Of a stretch of DNA of 56,024 nt, positions 42,555 through 52,124 are shown piece after piece; the first letter of the stretch is position 1; each line of letters opens with the position of its first letter. The position numbers and the translations under genes are program-made. The DNA is from a virus. The DNA lies in IMG/VR virus record IMGVR_UViG_3300027904_000003, positions 1 to 56,024 of that record; one strand, 5' to 3'. The notes beneath the pieces are model-generated. The model was given only the letters and a program-made list of their open reading frames with translations. It did not search any database and was not told where the DNA came from.

Positions 42555-42860
42555 CTACACCGCCTTAACAGATTTTTTAGCCTTTGTTTCTGTTTCTGTT
42601 TCTGTTTCTGTTTCTGTTTCTGTTTCTGTTTCTGTTTCTGTTTCTGTTTCTGGCCAATTAATATTGATATTATGACGGGCTTTCATATACCTAGCAATAC
42701 TTTCAAAAGTTTGCTCGTTAACTTCGATTATATTGCCTTCTTGGACTCTACGCTTGAAGCGCTTGATGCCCAATGGTTCTACAATCGAACCAGTTGTGTG
42801 CATACCTTTTTCATCGCGAAAAGCCCGCCTGACTATATAGAATATTTTCTTAGCTAACAA
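42555..42860 (-). CDS. hypothetical head-module protein (101 aa) carrying an (ET)11 repeat
   Basis: ORF directly after the capsid gene. The repeat is encoded by the hexanucleotide microsatellite. Confidence 0.65.
   Translation of the reverse strand: MLAKKIFYIVRRAFRDEKGMHTTGSIVEPLGIKRFKRRVQEGNIIEVNEQTFESIARYMKARHNININWPETETETETETETETETETETETKAKKSVKAV
42586..42651. repeat. hexanucleotide microsatellite (GTTTCT)11 inside a CDS
   Basis: Counted directly. Encodes (Glu-Thr)11 on the minus strand. Confidence 0.95.
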
Positions 42861-43824
42861 TATCCTGGAAGAATACGCCGAGGTCAGAGCTAATCATCTT
42901 ACAATCAAAAGCCATTTCCCCTTCGATACGTTCTGTACCGAGACCGAGCAAATCCATCGGTAACCTTACCATTCTATTGCCAAACGCGCCACTGCCTTCT
43001 AAGCCAGTCCAAGCGAATATATACCCGCCAGATGGTTTACGAAGAGCAGGTCTTGGTGCTGCATAAGTTAACAAGGCATGTTTACCCATAATGAATCCAT
43101 TATTTTCAGCAGCGCCTTTTCTTGCAGAATTAACTACCCCCCAAGCTACAAGTACCTTATCAACTTCAAACAACGTTGCAAGCAAGTCATTTGTTACGAT
43201 GCCTTTTTGAGTATACTTAATTCTATCAAGTATATCAGGGTGATTCTTCAGAGCATTAAACACAAACGGCGATAACACAAGCGTATTAGGACGATAGGCT
43301 GTTTGACTAGCCATCTCAACGCTTGCCCGCGTGAATACGCCAATAGGGTCAGACGCTTCATTATTAAAGTGGAGTACCGAACTTCCCGCGCCGTCTGCTG
43401 AACCTACAAGGTTTGTGCCCCAAAGTCCAGGTCTGAAGTACCGCGACGCCCAGTCAACCTCTCTTCTTATAAGCATCTTTTGTGTTATGAAGTCTGTTGC
43501 ATCCATATTTGCATCTAAAGGCTCGTCGTAATTCGCACGCTCCTCTGTTGTGATATCTTTATGGAATGCATGCTTACGGCAGTAGTAAGGGTCTTGTGCT
43601 TCAACACCGTAATCGCCGCCAGCTGACTCCGTCCCTGCGCCTCTTACACGCGCTTCATCACGCATGAAGTCTGCTCTACTATATTGATAGTAAACATCAG
43701 ATTGACGTTTTACTGGTACTATCGGGAATACTTTATCTGCAACAAACGCCGAAGCGTCTTGTAAATATGATACTGATATATTTGTTAGCGCTCTATCTAT
43801 ATGAGCATCTTGCATTTTAGGCAT
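42850..43824 (-). CDS. major capsid protein (324 aa)
   Basis: Lies after the scaffold and decoration genes. Size and strong RBS AAAGGAGGAGAAG fit. Confidence 0.75.
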   Translation of the reverse strand: MPKMQDAHIDRALTNISVSYLQDASAFVADKVFPIVPVKRQSDVYYQYSRADFMRDEARVRGAGTESAGGDYGVEAQDPYYCRKHAFHKDITTEERANYDEPLDANMDATDFITQKMLIRREVDWASRYFRPGLWGTNLVGSADGAGSSVLHFNNEASDPIGVFTRASVEMASQTAYRPNTLVLSPFVFNALKNHPDILDRIKYTQKGIVTNDLLATLFEVDKVLVAWGVVNSARKGAAENNGFIMGKHALLTYAAPRPALRKPSGGYIFAWTGLEGSGAFGNRMVRLPMDLLGLGTERIEGEMAFDCKMISSDLGVFFQDIVS

Positions 43825-43844
43825 TTACTTCTCCTCCTTTCATA

Positions 43845-44201
43845 TTATATCTTAACTGTTATAACTTGACCCGCGGCTGTGGCAGGCGTAATTGCAACGC
43901 CTACAGGATTTGTTGCCCCCACTATAGCTTGGCCGCTTGCGTTTGAAACTACATACACACCAGATGCAACCGCCGCGCCAGCTTCAACCATTACTAAACC
44001 ATCAATAATTTCTTGTACTTGTTCAGCATGAGGTCCAGTAGTTGTTTCATTTTGCGAAACACCTACTACAGGAGTAGTAGCATTTGCTAATACTGCATAA
44101 CCTTGTGCATTTACAGATACAAACCTTCGCCACGGAGTTGCTCCACCAGACGGTAGGCTCCATCGCATGTTTGGTATTTGGAATGGATTAATCATAGCCA
44201 T
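43845..44201 (-). CDS. head decoration / DUF2190-like protein (118 aa)
   Basis: Gly/Ala/Val-rich beta protein between the scaffold and capsid genes. Confidence 0.5.
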   Translation of the reverse strand: MAMINPFQIPNMRWSLPSGGATPWRRFVSVNAQGYAVLANATTPVVGVSQNETTTGPHAEQVQEIIDGLVMVEAGAAVASGVYVVSNASGQAIVGATNPVGVAITPATAAGQVITVKI

Positions 44202-44956
44202 TAGTTTGCACCTCCTTCAAGATACTCTTTATAGAGTTCCGGTTTACGCTTTACTACTTCAGCGATAGCTTTTTGCTTAGAAATATTTTCAGCTTTAGCG
44301 ATGTCTTCCGCTGCCGCTTCTATCTTATCCCAAGCATTTGTATTAGCGGTGTTTCCTCGCTTACCAACTTCTCCAAGTGTTACGCCCTCCAGCGCTGAGC
44401 TAACCGCAGTAAGTACATCTACCATTTCAGGCGTACTGCCCTTTAGAACAGCTACAAGAGTTTCCATAGGAACTGGTAAAGCTTTAAGTTCTGCCGCTTT
44501 TGCAACAGCTGTCGCGTGTACTTCAGCTTCCTTAGCTTTTAAGATTTCGCTTTCAGCGGCTTCTTTTTGAGCTTTCATTTTTTTAAACGCTATACGCGCT
44601 GATTCAGGCATTGATTTTAGCACCTCTTCCTCATCAAAGCCTGTTTTACAAGTTTTTTTGCCCTCTTCATCGGCTGCTTTCAAAGTTTCAATTTCAGTAT
44701 TAGCCTTAGCTAATGCTTCATTTATCTTTGCTATTTCAGCTGCTGAATCTTCTTTCATTTTAGCTACTTCAGCTTCTTTAGAAGCTATAGCATCTAAGAC
44801 TACTTTGGCATTTTCAGATGTCATCTTGGCCAAAATTTCTTCAAAAGTCATGATGTTCTCCTTTCTTTTATAAAATTCTATGAATGAAGCTGAATTAGCT
44901 CCTTCATCTACAAGGTCAACTCGGTCTATAACCAAGTCTTCAAGCAAGTTTGGCAT
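44201..44956 (-). CDS. scaffolding protein (251 aa)
   Basis: Ala/Glu/Lys-rich coiled coil, N-terminal VDLVDEGAN motif, and position. Confidence 0.6.
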   Translation of the reverse strand: MPNLLEDLVIDRVDLVDEGANSASFIEFYKRKENIMTFEEILAKMTSENAKVVLDAIASKEAEVAKMKEDSAAEIAKINEALAKANTEIETLKAADEEGKKTCKTGFDEEEVLKSMPESARIAFKKMKAQKEAAESEILKAKEAEVHATAVAKAAELKALPVPMETLVAVLKGSTPEMVDVLTAVSSALEGVTLGEVGKRGNTANTNAWDKIEAAAEDIAKAENISKQKAIAEVVKRKPELYKEYLEGGAN

Positions 44957-44998
44957 GTCCTCGCCTCCTATTTTTATTATATGTTTATTAGCAGCTTT

Positions 44999-45406
44999 TT
45001 ATATCTTTATACGATTAGCTTTCCCTTGGATGGAAAACATTTTGTAGGTACCATCTTTTACTTTTTCAAATACTGCTTCATCTGTTACCTTAACTGTTAT
45101 AAACCACCCTTCAGGTACGCAGCCTTCAGGTATACCGATAATTTTTTGCTTAGCTTTTGTAAATACAATTGATTCTACAACAACTCCTGTTGGATTACCT
45201 TTATGCATCTCTCCAGCGTCTTGATAATCCATCATAAATTGTATTGCTGCTTTTTCAAGTGTCTCAGGCATTATAACATCGTCTTGCCAATCTAACGGTA
45301 ACGAACCGTCTGAATTAATCGCTACATTAGCCCAGCCAGATACGAGACCTTTATCTGCGGCCTTTTTTATTTCAAAATTAATACCTACAGGTCTTTGCTC
45401 AGCCAT
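44999..45406 (-). CDS. XkdF-like putative prohead protease (135 aa; start moved to MAEQRP)
   Basis: CAGGAGGTAATCATA then ATG at 45406. The pattern GWANV...DWQDD..MPETLEKAA..FM...GEMH fits. Confidence 0.55.
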   Translation of the reverse strand: MAEQRPVGINFEIKKAADKGLVSGWANVAINSDGSLPLDWQDDVIMPETLEKAAIQFMMDYQDAGEMHKGNPTGVVVESIVFTKAKQKIIGIPEGCVPEGWFITVKVTDEAVFEKVKDGTYKMFSIQGKANRIKI

Positions 45407-46763
45407 TATGATTACCTCCTGTATATGCCATACCTGGTTCTGTAAATGCATTAGATATAGCTGTATCTATTTCTTCCCCTACTGACATAGTTGATTCGCT
45501 CATAGCTTGTGGTAGATACACGGATTCAAATACTTCTTGACTTAATGCAGGCATACCAAGTAGATGTCTGAAGTAGTTATGCATCTCAATATCACCAGCT
45601 ATATTTATGCCCATAGACCGTAACACTAATGCAAGCTCCCTAAGAGAAGGTTGCTGTATTTCATTAGGCACTATTTTTGGAAAATCTTCTATCTTAAAAG
45701 TATTGTACTTAAAAAGCCGTGGCACAGCTGTAGTATTAAACACATCCGCTATATTCAATAACTGTGCTTGTAGAGCAGCCGCTAGCATAGATTGCTTTGA
45801 CTCTGCTAATGCAAACGAACCAGCGCGTTGTCCAATCAGTATTATATCTGATAGCATAGTTATAGCAATTCTATTATCATAACGATTAATAGTCTCACCA
45901 ATATTTATTTGCCTTGATGATGAAGAAGTTAAAAGCTTAAGGTCCCATCCATGCGGTAACAAAAGCCCTTCTTCTGAGTCTCTACGAACAGAGGAGACTA
46001 CTTGTTCTGCTCTATTCCTTAACGCTACCATATAAGCATCTTCTTCATTCCATAAATCCATATCTGCAGGAGCCGTTAAGACTGGAAAGCCTGCTAAGTC
46101 ACGCTCTATACCTATGCCTTCAATTTCTTCAAAATGCTTTTTGAAGAACCAAGACCTATAAGCATTACGCAATAATGACCGTCCTTCTGGATTGTCTCTA
46201 CTAACTTTAGTTCTAAAGAGTAAAGCCTTTGACATAGGTATTTTAACTACCTTATTACCAACATCTGACTCTTGCGTTACGCTCTCTAGTACATTATCAG
46301 CAGTATAATTCCACTCTGCTATACTTCGTTGAGACCGTATGGGTAAGCAGCGCCACCCAATTCTGCCATCATTATACTTACTATAGTAACGTGGATTTGT
46401 TTCTTCTTTGCCTCTCCTAACCTTATAGACTATCTCATGCAGGCTAAATCCGTATGTCATCATAGAAAGTACTTCTGTAATGGTAGCGGCCCAGCTTACC
46501 TCCATATCATTCATACAGCTTTCAAGAAATTTAGCAGCAGCCAAATCTTCTTCAGACTTACCAGCCGCTTCTACAGACCATTTAGCGCCACGAATCAGCA
46601 TCTCTGCTAAGTAAAGTATCGAGCCTACAACTGAATCATTATCCGCCATTTCTTGGTATACTTTACCTGCACGAGGCCACCTAAGTTCTGGCAAAAATTC
46701 TTCATATATTTGCGACCCATATTTTTGTAAACCAGTTGTACCAAGAATTTTTAAATTCACCAC
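45399..46763 (-). CDS. portal protein (454 aa, GTG start)
   Basis: Size and position upstream of the protease and scaffold genes. Confidence 0.75.
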   Translation of the reverse strand: MVNLKILGTTGLQKYGSQIYEEFLPELRWPRAGKVYQEMADNDSVVGSILYLAEMLIRGAKWSVEAAGKSEEDLAAAKFLESCMNDMEVSWAATITEVLSMMTYGFSLHEIVYKVRRGKEETNPRYYSKYNDGRIGWRCLPIRSQRSIAEWNYTADNVLESVTQESDVGNKVVKIPMSKALLFRTKVSRDNPEGRSLLRNAYRSWFFKKHFEEIEGIGIERDLAGFPVLTAPADMDLWNEEDAYMVALRNRAEQVVSSVRRDSEEGLLLPHGWDLKLLTSSSSRQINIGETINRYDNRIAITMLSDIILIGQRAGSFALAESKQSMLAAALQAQLLNIADVFNTTAVPRLFKYNTFKIEDFPKIVPNEIQQPSLRELALVLRSMGINIAGDIEMHNYFRHLLGMPALSQEVFESVYLPQAMSESTMSVGEEIDTAISNAFTEPGMAYTGGNHNG

Positions 46764-46777
46764 TATACCACTTCTTT

Positions 46778-46930
46778 CTATAAGTGTACCGCTTTCTTAT
46801 GCTTCATTTCCGTAATTTCTTCAAATTCTTTTGCAGTAATATTTCCTAATTCTACCGCTCTTTTAACACGGTCTACATTCCAAGTGTTTTTGTTAAACCA
46901 ATCTTTAATTTGTTCAAACATTTTCGACAT
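46778..46930 (-). CDS. XkdX-like small protein (50 aa), not in the ORF track
   Basis: MSKMFEQIKDWFNKNTWNVDRVKRAVELGNITAKEFEEIT matches the XkdX pattern (...W...W....V...V..G.IT..EY.EIT). RBS TAAGGAGGAA. Confidence 0.65.
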   Translation of the reverse strand: MSKMFEQIKDWFNKNTWNVDRVKRAVELGNITAKEFEEITEMKHKKAVHL

Positions 46931-46951
46931 TATAATTCCTCCTTATATTTA

Positions 46952-47494
46952 CTATAGCTCTTCGCCCAAAACCATAGCAAGATACCCTATATCAGCTTCT
47001 AACTGCTCTAACTTAGTCGGCTCGTAAGGTATATCCTCAACGCTAACATTAATAATTAAATCACCGTAGGCTTCTATTACCGCCATGTAATTGTCGTATT
47101 CCTCTTGATTGTTCGCAATTACAAAGGTTTCAAGAGATGGTAACAACTTAGGTATCATTACAGGTAATATATTTGTTGCAATATACTCTCTGCGGTGCTT
47201 TCTGCGTTCTTCGATAGTCATATTTGGGTTTGAGAACAATGTCAATGTAGTGTCCTCTTCGTTGCCCTCTAATCTATCCCATATATTACAGAATATTTTA
47301 AGCTCGTTATAGTTATCATTTTCATATTCTGCGTTTACTAAGTAGGTATGAGGACTTTTGAGAAGTGCATTTACAATTCCTTGATGTGGGTACGTTTTAT
47401 CATCAAAATTATACAATGGGTCTGTGTTAATCCCATCAGGAAACTCCGAATGAAGTGCAGGATTTTGTTTTGTATAAGTTATTTTTTTTCTCAT
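46952..47494 (-). CDS. hypothetical protein (180 aa), possibly XkdW-like fibre accessory
   Basis: Lies between the fibre-like gene and the XkdX-like gene. C-terminal KLEQLEADIGYLAMVLG. Confidence 0.5.
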   Translation of the reverse strand: MRKKITYTKQNPALHSEFPDGINTDPLYNFDDKTYPHQGIVNALLKSPHTYLVNAEYENDNYNELKIFCNIWDRLEGNEEDTTLTLFSNPNMTIEERRKHRREYIATNILPVMIPKLLPSLETFVIANNQEEYDNYMAVIEAYGDLIINVSVEDIPYEPTKLEQLEADIGYLAMVLGEEL

Positions 47495-47509
47495 TATATT
47501 ACTCCTTTC

Positions 47510-49171
47510 TTAAATTATTAGTCTTATTACCTTTTGTCCCGTGGTATTTATAAATTCTAAATAATTTCTACCAAATTGGTCAACTGACGTATCACATGTT
47601 GTCCGCAACTCAAACATCTCGGCGGCGTTAGCGTTCGATAATATTACACATTTACTTCTTATATTTGTATTATATATTGTGGCGGTATAGTTAAACGCTG
47701 TATTTATATAATACGCATTGTCTGCTGTAGACCCACATATATTAAACATTGCTAGGTACATACTATTTACAATATTACAGTCAAAAATAAACATAATATA
47801 TGAATTTGAAGTATTAATAATATTTGAATTAAGCGCTACATTAATATTACATAAACACGCATTAACAGAAGACTTGCTTAACGTATTAAATATAGACCGT
47901 AATGTACCCGCTTTAATTGTGCTATTGATTACTGTGTTTATAAATACATCTGATACTCTATCCTCAATAATCACGTAATTTGAGCCTGTATATCCACATT
48001 CACTATTAACAATAATACCGCCCACGTTGTTATGAATTGTAGTAGATATAGGGTTTGTTAGTGTAATATCGTGACAACCCTCGCCTATTGTGATTTTTTT
48101 AGCAACTAATACACTGCTTGGGTCATCATAATATTGACCATCATAAAAACACAACACGATATTATGACTACCATCAAATCCGAATGTATTGCTTTTTTCG
48201 GATTGTGTTCTTAAAACACCGTTACCTATTTTTATATTTCCAACAAATGGTGCTAAATCTCCAATTAAGTTTGTAGGATATGGTTTACCGTGTCTATTGT
48301 CCATATTTAGCGTATATCTTTCAGCGTATTGATTATAAAAATTTGGCGGTGCTAAATTACTAACATTAAATGTTTGTTTTATATAAGTCCAAGACGGAAA
48401 AATAAAACTACTGCTATGCCACGCATTAAATGTAAACTTACCTAACCATTGTTCAACACCATTTGCTACGACCATACTAATTGAGTTATCTGCACTATTA
48501 GTAATTCTTTGCCCTACATAAACTGATATACCTGGAACAAACTCATTATTTGGCGCACCGTCCCATTTAAACCTTGCCCATAACATAGTACGCCAGTCTC
48601 CTGTAATATCTATATTACGTTTGGTGTCTATTCTTCGGCGAATAAATCCTCTGCGAGGTATGTCTTGGTCTTCGGGTACATAATCTCCGTAAGTACTCAT
48701 TGCTGTACGTATTTCTATTGTATCATCATCAAAATCATAATAAACAATATCTTCTGGAAATCCCCTGCTTGAACATATCGGCGCAAAAGTAGTGCTTGAC
48801 GTAGCTGTAACAACTAACATTTCATAACGTGTAGCAACTCGCGCGTCATCATCGCTTGTTGGATAATCTCCATCAAAACCTATATGCGGAATATCTGCAA
48901 ACTTAACTTTCCACGTGTAAGGTTGCAAGTATTTTGTTACATAGTTTGTAATACAATACTTTGCGCCGGGGATTAGTTTTCCTGCGTCTTTTAGTGCTTT
49001 GATTTCTTCATAGGTGCGTTCGAAGTAACTCTCTACATCGCCTCCGCCACTTCGTACTGAAAGCTCCTCAAGACTACGCGCCATGGCATCAACCCAAAAA
49101 CCAGTCTCCATAGGTTTAAGCTTTAAATTAGATAGAGTATTTTGTAATCTTTGTCTCCATGTTGTAGCCAT
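47510..49171 (-). CDS. fibre / beta-helix-like structural protein (553 aa)
   Basis: The C-terminal half is made of degenerate N/I/T/S-rich repeats (..NTVINSTIKAG.., ..NINVALNSNIINTSNS..). Confidence 0.5.
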   Translation of the reverse strand: MATTWRQRLQNTLSNLKLKPMETGFWVDAMARSLEELSVRSGGGDVESYFERTYEEIKALKDAGKLIPGAKYCITNYVTKYLQPYTWKVKFADIPHIGFDGDYPTSDDDARVATRYEMLVVTATSSTTFAPICSSRGFPEDIVYYDFDDDTIEIRTAMSTYGDYVPEDQDIPRRGFIRRRIDTKRNIDITGDWRTMLWARFKWDGAPNNEFVPGISVYVGQRITNSADNSISMVVANGVEQWLGKFTFNAWHSSSFIFPSWTYIKQTFNVSNLAPPNFYNQYAERYTLNMDNRHGKPYPTNLIGDLAPFVGNIKIGNGVLRTQSEKSNTFGFDGSHNIVLCFYDGQYYDDPSSVLVAKKITIGEGCHDITLTNPISTTIHNNVGGIIVNSECGYTGSNYVIIEDRVSDVFINTVINSTIKAGTLRSIFNTLSKSSVNACLCNINVALNSNIINTSNSYIMFIFDCNIVNSMYLAMFNICGSTADNAYYINTAFNYTATIYNTNIRSKCVILSNANAAEMFELRTTCDTSVDQFGRNYLEFINTTGQKVIRLII

Positions 49172-49174
49172 ATA

Positions 49175-49432
49175 CTACTCCCCCTTTAGCGCTCGTAATT
49201 CATCAAGTATTTCATCCAATCCATCTGCTGCAATTCTAATGCCTGACAGTTTTAACCCATCAAGAAAATCACCAAGTAAATGGTTTGCTTCATCTGCGCA
49301 TCTCTCTAGCACTCTTTCAGCATAATCTGCAGATATGCCAGAGTTAAGAATAGCACAATAATTAGCCAGTGCATTACTCTCTCCAGCAGCGCCGTCTCCT
49401 CCAAAAAATAAAATAGCTTTACTGTAATCCAT
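49175..49432 (-). CDS. hypothetical protein (85 aa)
   Basis: RBS AAAGGAGGAAAAG. Confidence 0.6.
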   Translation of the reverse strand: MDYSKAILFFGGDGAAGESNALANYCAILNSGISADYAERVLERCADEANHLLGDFLDGLKLSGIRIAADGLDEILDELRALKGE

Positions 49433-49453
49433 TTCTTTTCCTCCTTTTCTTAT

Positions 49454-51796
49454 TTAACTACTAAGTCTTTTCCAATAACTGCCGCCTGATTTTTTTAAGC
49501 TTGTTGGTACCCTTAAAAGTGTAGGACTTCTAAAATAATTAAACGCTCCAGAAAATGCATCTATAGTATCATCTTTGTGTCCATATGGAAACGTATCAGC
49601 CTCATCTAAAAATGCAAGTATATTTCTACATTTCTGAGATACCATTACTTTTCCACCTTGCGACGCGGCAGATGCAGTTCTTGCACGCTCAATCTTGGAA
49701 CCTGTGCTAGTCATTCCTTTAAAGTCATAACCAGCTACAACATTTCTTGCATAGTGGTCTATAGTTATGTCACCTGAACTACCGGGTTCTTTTTCCATCC
49801 TAATAGCTACAGAATAGCCATCGCTTTTTGCTGTTTCTTTTATAATCTTCTCAACATCATGTGGAGTCTTTTGAACTCTCACAATATCTTCAATCCAATA
49901 TATACCTTGATAATTAGCAAGTTTTAGACCAACAGTCCAGTCAGGGTCTCGCTTATCTCTTCGCCTCTTCTTTGAAGGGTCTGTTGAAGCTGTATCCCAA
50001 TAACGTACCCTTTGAGCGTTTCTCGGTACAGTATGCTCTGGCACTATCTCAAACCAATGTCTACTGAACATATCGCCAGATTCTTTAATCTCCCAGTTAC
50101 CATTAAGGAGCTGCTCTCTAGTAGTTGCGTCTAGTTCATTCAAAGACTCTATATAGGCAGCTGCATCAAGATGCGGATTATCATTAAGCCCTGCGCCTAC
50201 AAATATTCTACCTTTATCCGGTCCTTCTATAAAGAACCGTTGATAGTAATACTCGCCATATTCTCCGCCAGGATTAGCTGTGGCTCTAAATCTCAAAGGT
50301 ACATTCAGAGTTACTGGCTTGCGCAATCTACTAAACAAGTACCTGTAGTTGCTTGGGCTTATATGCGTTGTTTCATCCATGCCTATATATTGAAATTCAG
50401 CTCCTTGATATCTGTAACAATCATTATTAGACTCAAGATACCCAAAGTTTAACGTCGCACCAGATGCAAACGTATATTGTTTCTCCTTATCAGACCACTT
50501 AACTTCTTTATCTTCTACAAAAGGCATTAACCACTGTTTACTCATATCAATTAGTGCACCAGGCAAACTTAAATCCGCATATGTCTTACGAAATAATATC
50601 GCTGAGTAGCCTGGAATATCTACAAACTGTAGGGCAGCCATTAGCTGTGCGACAGAATTATGAGTCGGTATTAATGCTCTACCTGCTAAAAATAAGGAAG
50701 ACTTAGAATTTACTTTTATACACTGTACAGGAACGCTTTCTACTTCTCTTATTTCTTTAATATAGTGTAAATATTGTGTACCTCTAAATCCAGTTCGTTT
50801 TTGTAGCTTTAATTTTCTTTCTAACTTAAACATAGGTATTTCTGTAGTCCATTTTAAAGTATATTTGGTGGTAACATAATATTCTTTGCTATTAGTACAT
50901 GTTGCTATGCTACTAGTTAAAGAAACTTTTATTCCTAAAGAACGAACTAATTGTTCTATTTGTTTCATCAATGCTAAATCTGTCATACAAATAGAGCAAT
51001 AACCTTTATCAGAAGATGCATTACCATCAGTATCCATTAACCCCTGTAGTAACTCAAGCCTTTGCGCATAGCTTGCTAATAAATATTTATCAGGAATATG
51101 TTTATTAGCTAGTAATCTATTCTCTCGTAATAAAGGATACAAATTAGGAAGCACCCATACATTCTTAGTTTTAGTATACGCTGCAAATCCATCATTTTTA
51201 ATATATGAATAAATTTCATTATCTTGTGCAGCGCAGTCACCAGAATTCTTACACCCATCGCCTAGCCAAACACCTAATGTATACGGTGGAATAGGTAACT
51301 CATATTTTGTACCCTGTAAAGGCTTAGTAACTTTTATAGCATGTTTAGTTCTGCTGCCCATAGTATCTACTATTTCTTGTGTAGTCATTGTTTTATTACA
51401 GTCTCTATTTTGGTATTGATGCAACGTCCATAAATGGTCTGCGTCTGCATCTAAATACGTATTATTATCAAAATTTATCCTGTATATTTTATGACCATAC
51501 ATTACTTCTGATTTAGCCGTAACTTCACATAGAGCGCCCATTTCATCAAAAAGCTTGTCACCTACTTGTAAATCACCCATAGTAGACCATCCATTACTTG
51601 TAAGTATTTCTGTAGATAACGGTAACGCTTTCCCGCCTCCTGCTGCTCCACCATACAAAATCTCCTTAGTGTTATTCATCAATAAAAATGCAGTCTGCTT
51701 CGGCGTTGGTTTATACGGTATAAACTTAGTTAGCCGTGGCGTCAGCCGTCTCTGTAATTCATTAATGTTAACCTGACTCAAATCTACTTCGCTCAT
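49454..51796 (-). CDS. terL: terminase large subunit precursor (780 aa) interrupted by an intein
   Basis: Walker A is split: YGGAAGGGK / intein / SVAQLMAAL. Downstream are MDETTH (Walker B-like) and a C-terminal nuclease region. Confidence 0.9.
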   Translation of the reverse strand: MSEVDLSQVNINELQRRLTPRLTKFIPYKPTPKQTAFLLMNNTKEILYGGAAGGGKALPLSTEILTSNGWSTMGDLQVGDKLFDEMGALCEVTAKSEVMYGHKIYRINFDNNTYLDADADHLWTLHQYQNRDCNKTMTTQEIVDTMGSRTKHAIKVTKPLQGTKYELPIPPYTLGVWLGDGCKNSGDCAAQDNEIYSYIKNDGFAAYTKTKNVWVLPNLYPLLRENRLLANKHIPDKYLLASYAQRLELLQGLMDTDGNASSDKGYCSICMTDLALMKQIEQLVRSLGIKVSLTSSIATCTNSKEYYVTTKYTLKWTTEIPMFKLERKLKLQKRTGFRGTQYLHYIKEIREVESVPVQCIKVNSKSSLFLAGRALIPTHNSVAQLMAALQFVDIPGYSAILFRKTYADLSLPGALIDMSKQWLMPFVEDKEVKWSDKEKQYTFASGATLNFGYLESNNDCYRYQGAEFQYIGMDETTHISPSNYRYLFSRLRKPVTLNVPLRFRATANPGGEYGEYYYQRFFIEGPDKGRIFVGAGLNDNPHLDAAAYIESLNELDATTREQLLNGNWEIKESGDMFSRHWFEIVPEHTVPRNAQRVRYWDTASTDPSKKRRRDKRDPDWTVGLKLANYQGIYWIEDIVRVQKTPHDVEKIIKETAKSDGYSVAIRMEKEPGSSGDITIDHYARNVVAGYDFKGMTSTGSKIERARTASAASQGGKVMVSQKCRNILAFLDEADTFPYGHKDDTIDAFSGAFNYFRSPTLLRVPTSLKKSGGSYWKRLSS
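50657..51628 (-). mobile_element. 324-aa intein with a LAGLIDADG homing endonuclease domain; Ala1 and WCT signature (class 3)
   Basis: Residues 57-380 of TerL. N-terminus ALPLSTEILT..., block B DADHLW (Trp two residues after His), LAGLIDADG motifs LGVWLGDGC and LLQGLMDTDG, block F VQCIKV (Cys at the F:4 position), block G ALIPTHN followed by Ser+1. Confidence 0.85.
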
Positions 51797-51798
51797 TA

Positions 51799-52122
51799 CT
51801 ACTCACCGCCCTTACCTTTACCAAGGCGTTTCCACATATCATGAAAGGTCTCCCAACCAAACATCGCCACAAATGCAACTATAAACCCACCAATCACAGC
51901 CCCAATAACTTCATACCACACCACACTGTGTCCTACATAATCCGAGTAGCCGAAGAACGTCACCACAGCACTTGCTATAGACAGTCCAATAACCACAAGC
52001 TCAGGTGGTACATGCTCAGAGCCCGGTAGCTCCTTCAAGACCTCAGTCACCACACTCACCACAAAAGCCAGAGCACCTATGACAGTCAGCATCCCAGTTG
52101 TCAGCGCCACTACGTCAGTCAT
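51799..52122 (-). CDS. small membrane protein (107 aa, ~3 TM, holin-like topology)
   Basis: Three hydrophobic segments and a basic C-terminus KRLGKGKGGE. Confidence 0.6.
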   Translation of the reverse strand: MTDVVALTTGMLTVIGALAFVVSVVTEVLKELPGSEHVPPELVVIGLSIASAVVTFFGYSDYVGHSVVWYEVIGAVIGGFIVAFVAMFGWETFHDMWKRLGKGKGGE

Positions 52123-52124
52123 CG

